A stretch of DNA of 63,976 nt, the filler included, from Dimargaris cristalligena (taxonomy: Eukaryota): assembly GCA_003614675.1 (NCBI GenBank). It is 3 parts of 3 records of this genome, joined end to end, with 100 filler letters (N's around TTAATTAATTAA, not from the genome) between each part and the next. Parts side by side here need not be neighbours in the genome. Positions count along the whole stretch, not along the records: positions 46,714 to 63,976 come from ML002811.1; 2 more parts are not named here. The stretch is one strand, 5' to 3'. Below the pieces are notes generated by a model that saw only the letters and a program-made list of their open reading frames with translations, was not told the DNA's origin and made no database searches. Position numbers and translations under genes: made by a program. Below, one piece after another: positions 61,405 to 63,976 of the stretch. Each line of letters begins with the position of its first letter. Position 1 is the stretch's first letter.

Positions 61405-63976
61405 CTATATTATTACATTTTTGAATGTAAGCTAGATTCATGACAGATTGAATCTAAAAGTCGCAGACTCCTTCTCCTGGATTGCGTTGCCTACACATTT
61501 ATCCACAAATAGATATATGCTCAACTTTAAAACTACATTATTATTATTCTACAGTCAACAAATGAATCCGCTCGGACAATTTATTTTAACCAATAGGGTA
61601 ACAGTACGCACCTTACAATCCCAAACTGTAAATCCTATGAAATTATATCCACCCGAATATTTTTTATATTGTATAGTGGTGGTTATAATTGAACTGTTGT
61701 ATAAATGGTAGAGTAATGTATAATAATTGGTATGTTTGCTACCACTACGTGCTGGCGCCAAGTGAAATCCCTAGTTTAATGTTTTGACACTCGGACTTCT
61801 TTGCTCTGTAGATCTTATAGATGTACACTTTACTCGATCTCGAAACCCCTTAGCATCGGCTTTTAATTCCAATGGTGTAGATTCATTAGGAATGCTTTGG
61901 GTCCGGCTGATATAAAATATTTTGACCGAAACTAGCTATACCTTAACTGGAAATGTGTTTCTGCCATACTTTTCTATAAACTAATGGGTCGGTCTTTTCC
62001 GAAATACGCTTGAAATTGTAAGCAGAGATACGACTACATAAAAAATAGCAGGTGGCAATAAATTCAAGGTGCCATTTTTGAGCACTTTTTTACTCAGTGA
62101 AATAACACGTCAGTTGAAATGTCAATTATTTACTACCAAGTGCCCGGAACCATATTCTAGTGAGTGCAATTCACTATCAACTATAAATCTAACCTGTAAT
62201 TACTCGGTCCTTTGTATTGTATTGCCCTAGAAGATTTCAAACACCCACCCCGTTATCGACGGAATACCCGGCTGTTACCCAACACTTCTACTTCATACAG
62301 ACCGTAACATACCCCGCAGCCAAGGTCTTTAAATTGCCCTTCGCTGGTCTTGGCTTGGCAGGGTCATTTTCTCAAATTGATTTTACCTGTGCAAATATAT
62401 ATTGAATTATTATTAAGGAATAAATTTAGAGATATGCTTAAATAACCTACCCGATTCACCCATTAGTGGGTTGAGTAAAACTTCCAGTAGATTTCGAGGT
62501 GTCTATCTTTCTATAGAAATGTCACTAAGCCAACTAACTATTCAGGGCTATTAAACCAATAATATTCTTATAAATGCTTTATCTCAATATATTGTCGCTT
62601 CTTATGAAACCCTGAACAATACAACCTCCTAAGTATGCTTAGTAGTGTAGATTAAGCATTTTGACAATCGTTTTTGTTTACAATATAAGTGCTATTTTTA
62701 GATATGCAATATAATAATCTATTTCTGGAAATATATGATACAAAAGATAGTTAAAATTCCAAAACAGTAATTATACTGGTTAAATAACTTTTGGTTAAGT
62801 ATAGAACACAGCACTTTATATACAAATATATTATCCATTATCTTAATTATTATTGCGGTATACAACAAGTCAGTGACGGTCCGAATGAGGGATGAATATT
62901 AACTGAAATCTTGAAAGAAATTGATTGATGGCGATAAAAATAGCTGACCGGGAATGAAGAAGGCTGGAAAGATTGTAAACAATGGAAAATAACATATATT
63001 CTAGTTATTTATGGAAAATCGGGTAAGTGAAAACAAATTCCGACTTAAAGAACAATTTTTAATGATCATGCATATGGTTGCCATCAATTAACAATTAAAA
63101 GAAATAGCCTATGGACATTGGTGCCACCGTTATGGAACTTTGGGATAGTCACTAGTAAAATATACCCTTTAATATAAAATATATTAAAATTTTTCACCAG
63201 ATAATACTGATGTTAACATCAAGTACAGTGCCAAGGTACACATTAAGTCCTACCACAGTAGCATGGTATGACGGAGTTGGCTAGATAAAGAAATGTCAAC
63301 TCAACTTATTAATTACACCAGTTCAAAGTCACTGGCATATGCTGATATGCCATTTTACATTATTGGCCAAGATTAGTCAAAGGATCAAGTGAGTTGCTTA
63401 TAAACAGTAAATTGTATTTTTTTGTTCACCTAATGGGTGGATAACTCTTACAAGACTCAATGTGAATATCCAAGCTAATTGCCTTTATAGACACCCTAGC
63501 TGGACAAATTAACACAGGTGGATGACCTTGTTGCAAGTTACAACACAGATATAATTGGTTTAAATTTTTATTAAATAGTTGAGTACAACAATTATATAAT
63601 TGTACTTATAGTAAATCAGAATTTTTTTTGTTGTGAAAAACACAGCTCAGTCAAGTAATTGGTACTTTATAAAATAGGTTAATATTAATTTCGGTAAATA
63701 TGATAATAATCAAAGTTGCTAATAATATTAATAGTTTAGTTTTTTTAGAATATAGAAAAAGAGATAAGATGTGGCTTGAATCTGCTCTCTCCCTTATTGT
63801 TAGCCATTATGTAGTCCCCCCTTCAAGACCTCCCCTTTGGAGGCCTCCTCAGCATATATATAACCAGGCTCCCCTTTGGGACCGGTTAACAGCAGCTTAT
63901 TCTTACCCCCGTAGTTTACCTCAATAAACTCTATATATGCTCACCCCCTAGTACTGACCAGTAAGTGTGCATCTAG

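Noticed and set aside
1..63976. CRISPR arrays, intact transposons, biosynthetic clusters, selenoprotein or stop-readthrough PTS1 signals
   Set aside because: I saw no repeat-spacer array and no transposase, RT, NRPS or PKS motifs. No in-frame TGA appeared in the conserved genes, and no SKL-like readthrough tails followed the stops I checked (SOD1, MCAD, epimerase).

Overview
This is eukaryotic, fungal-type nuclear DNA: spliceosomal GT-AG introns, CTAAC/TACTAAC branch points, GC3-rich exons, pyrimidine-rich 5' leaders and RCC-ATG start contexts. Metazoan-like genes (otubain, UVRAG/Vps38-like, DCTN3-like, MCAD, C9orf85) suggest an early-diverging fungus such as Zoopagomycota; this is inference only. 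The window has two 100-nt scaffold gaps padded with TTAATTAATTAA. About 19 protein-coding genes are supported: otubain DUB, UDP-glucose 4-epimerase, YVH1/DUSP12, C9orf85-like, IMP4, C9orf78/Tls1, YIF1, Vps38/UVRAG-like, complex I 75-kDa subunit, ADA3/NGG1, VMA13, a double-PH acidic protein, DCTN3-like, MCAD, a small secreted cationic protein, SOD1, QCR10, MAK10 and a small membrane protein. There is also one weak orphan or relic ORF and a tRNA-Arg(TCT). I found no CRISPR array, intact transposon or biosynthetic cluster, and most of the window is housekeeping. The best leads are an orphan secreted Kex2-type cationic peptide precursor, a PH-linker-PH protein with repeated basic-aromatic motifs, a GC-AG intron in MAK10, and head-to-head linkage of uncharacterised C9orf85 with IMP4. 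Exon boundaries were derived by hand and are unverified by transcripts.
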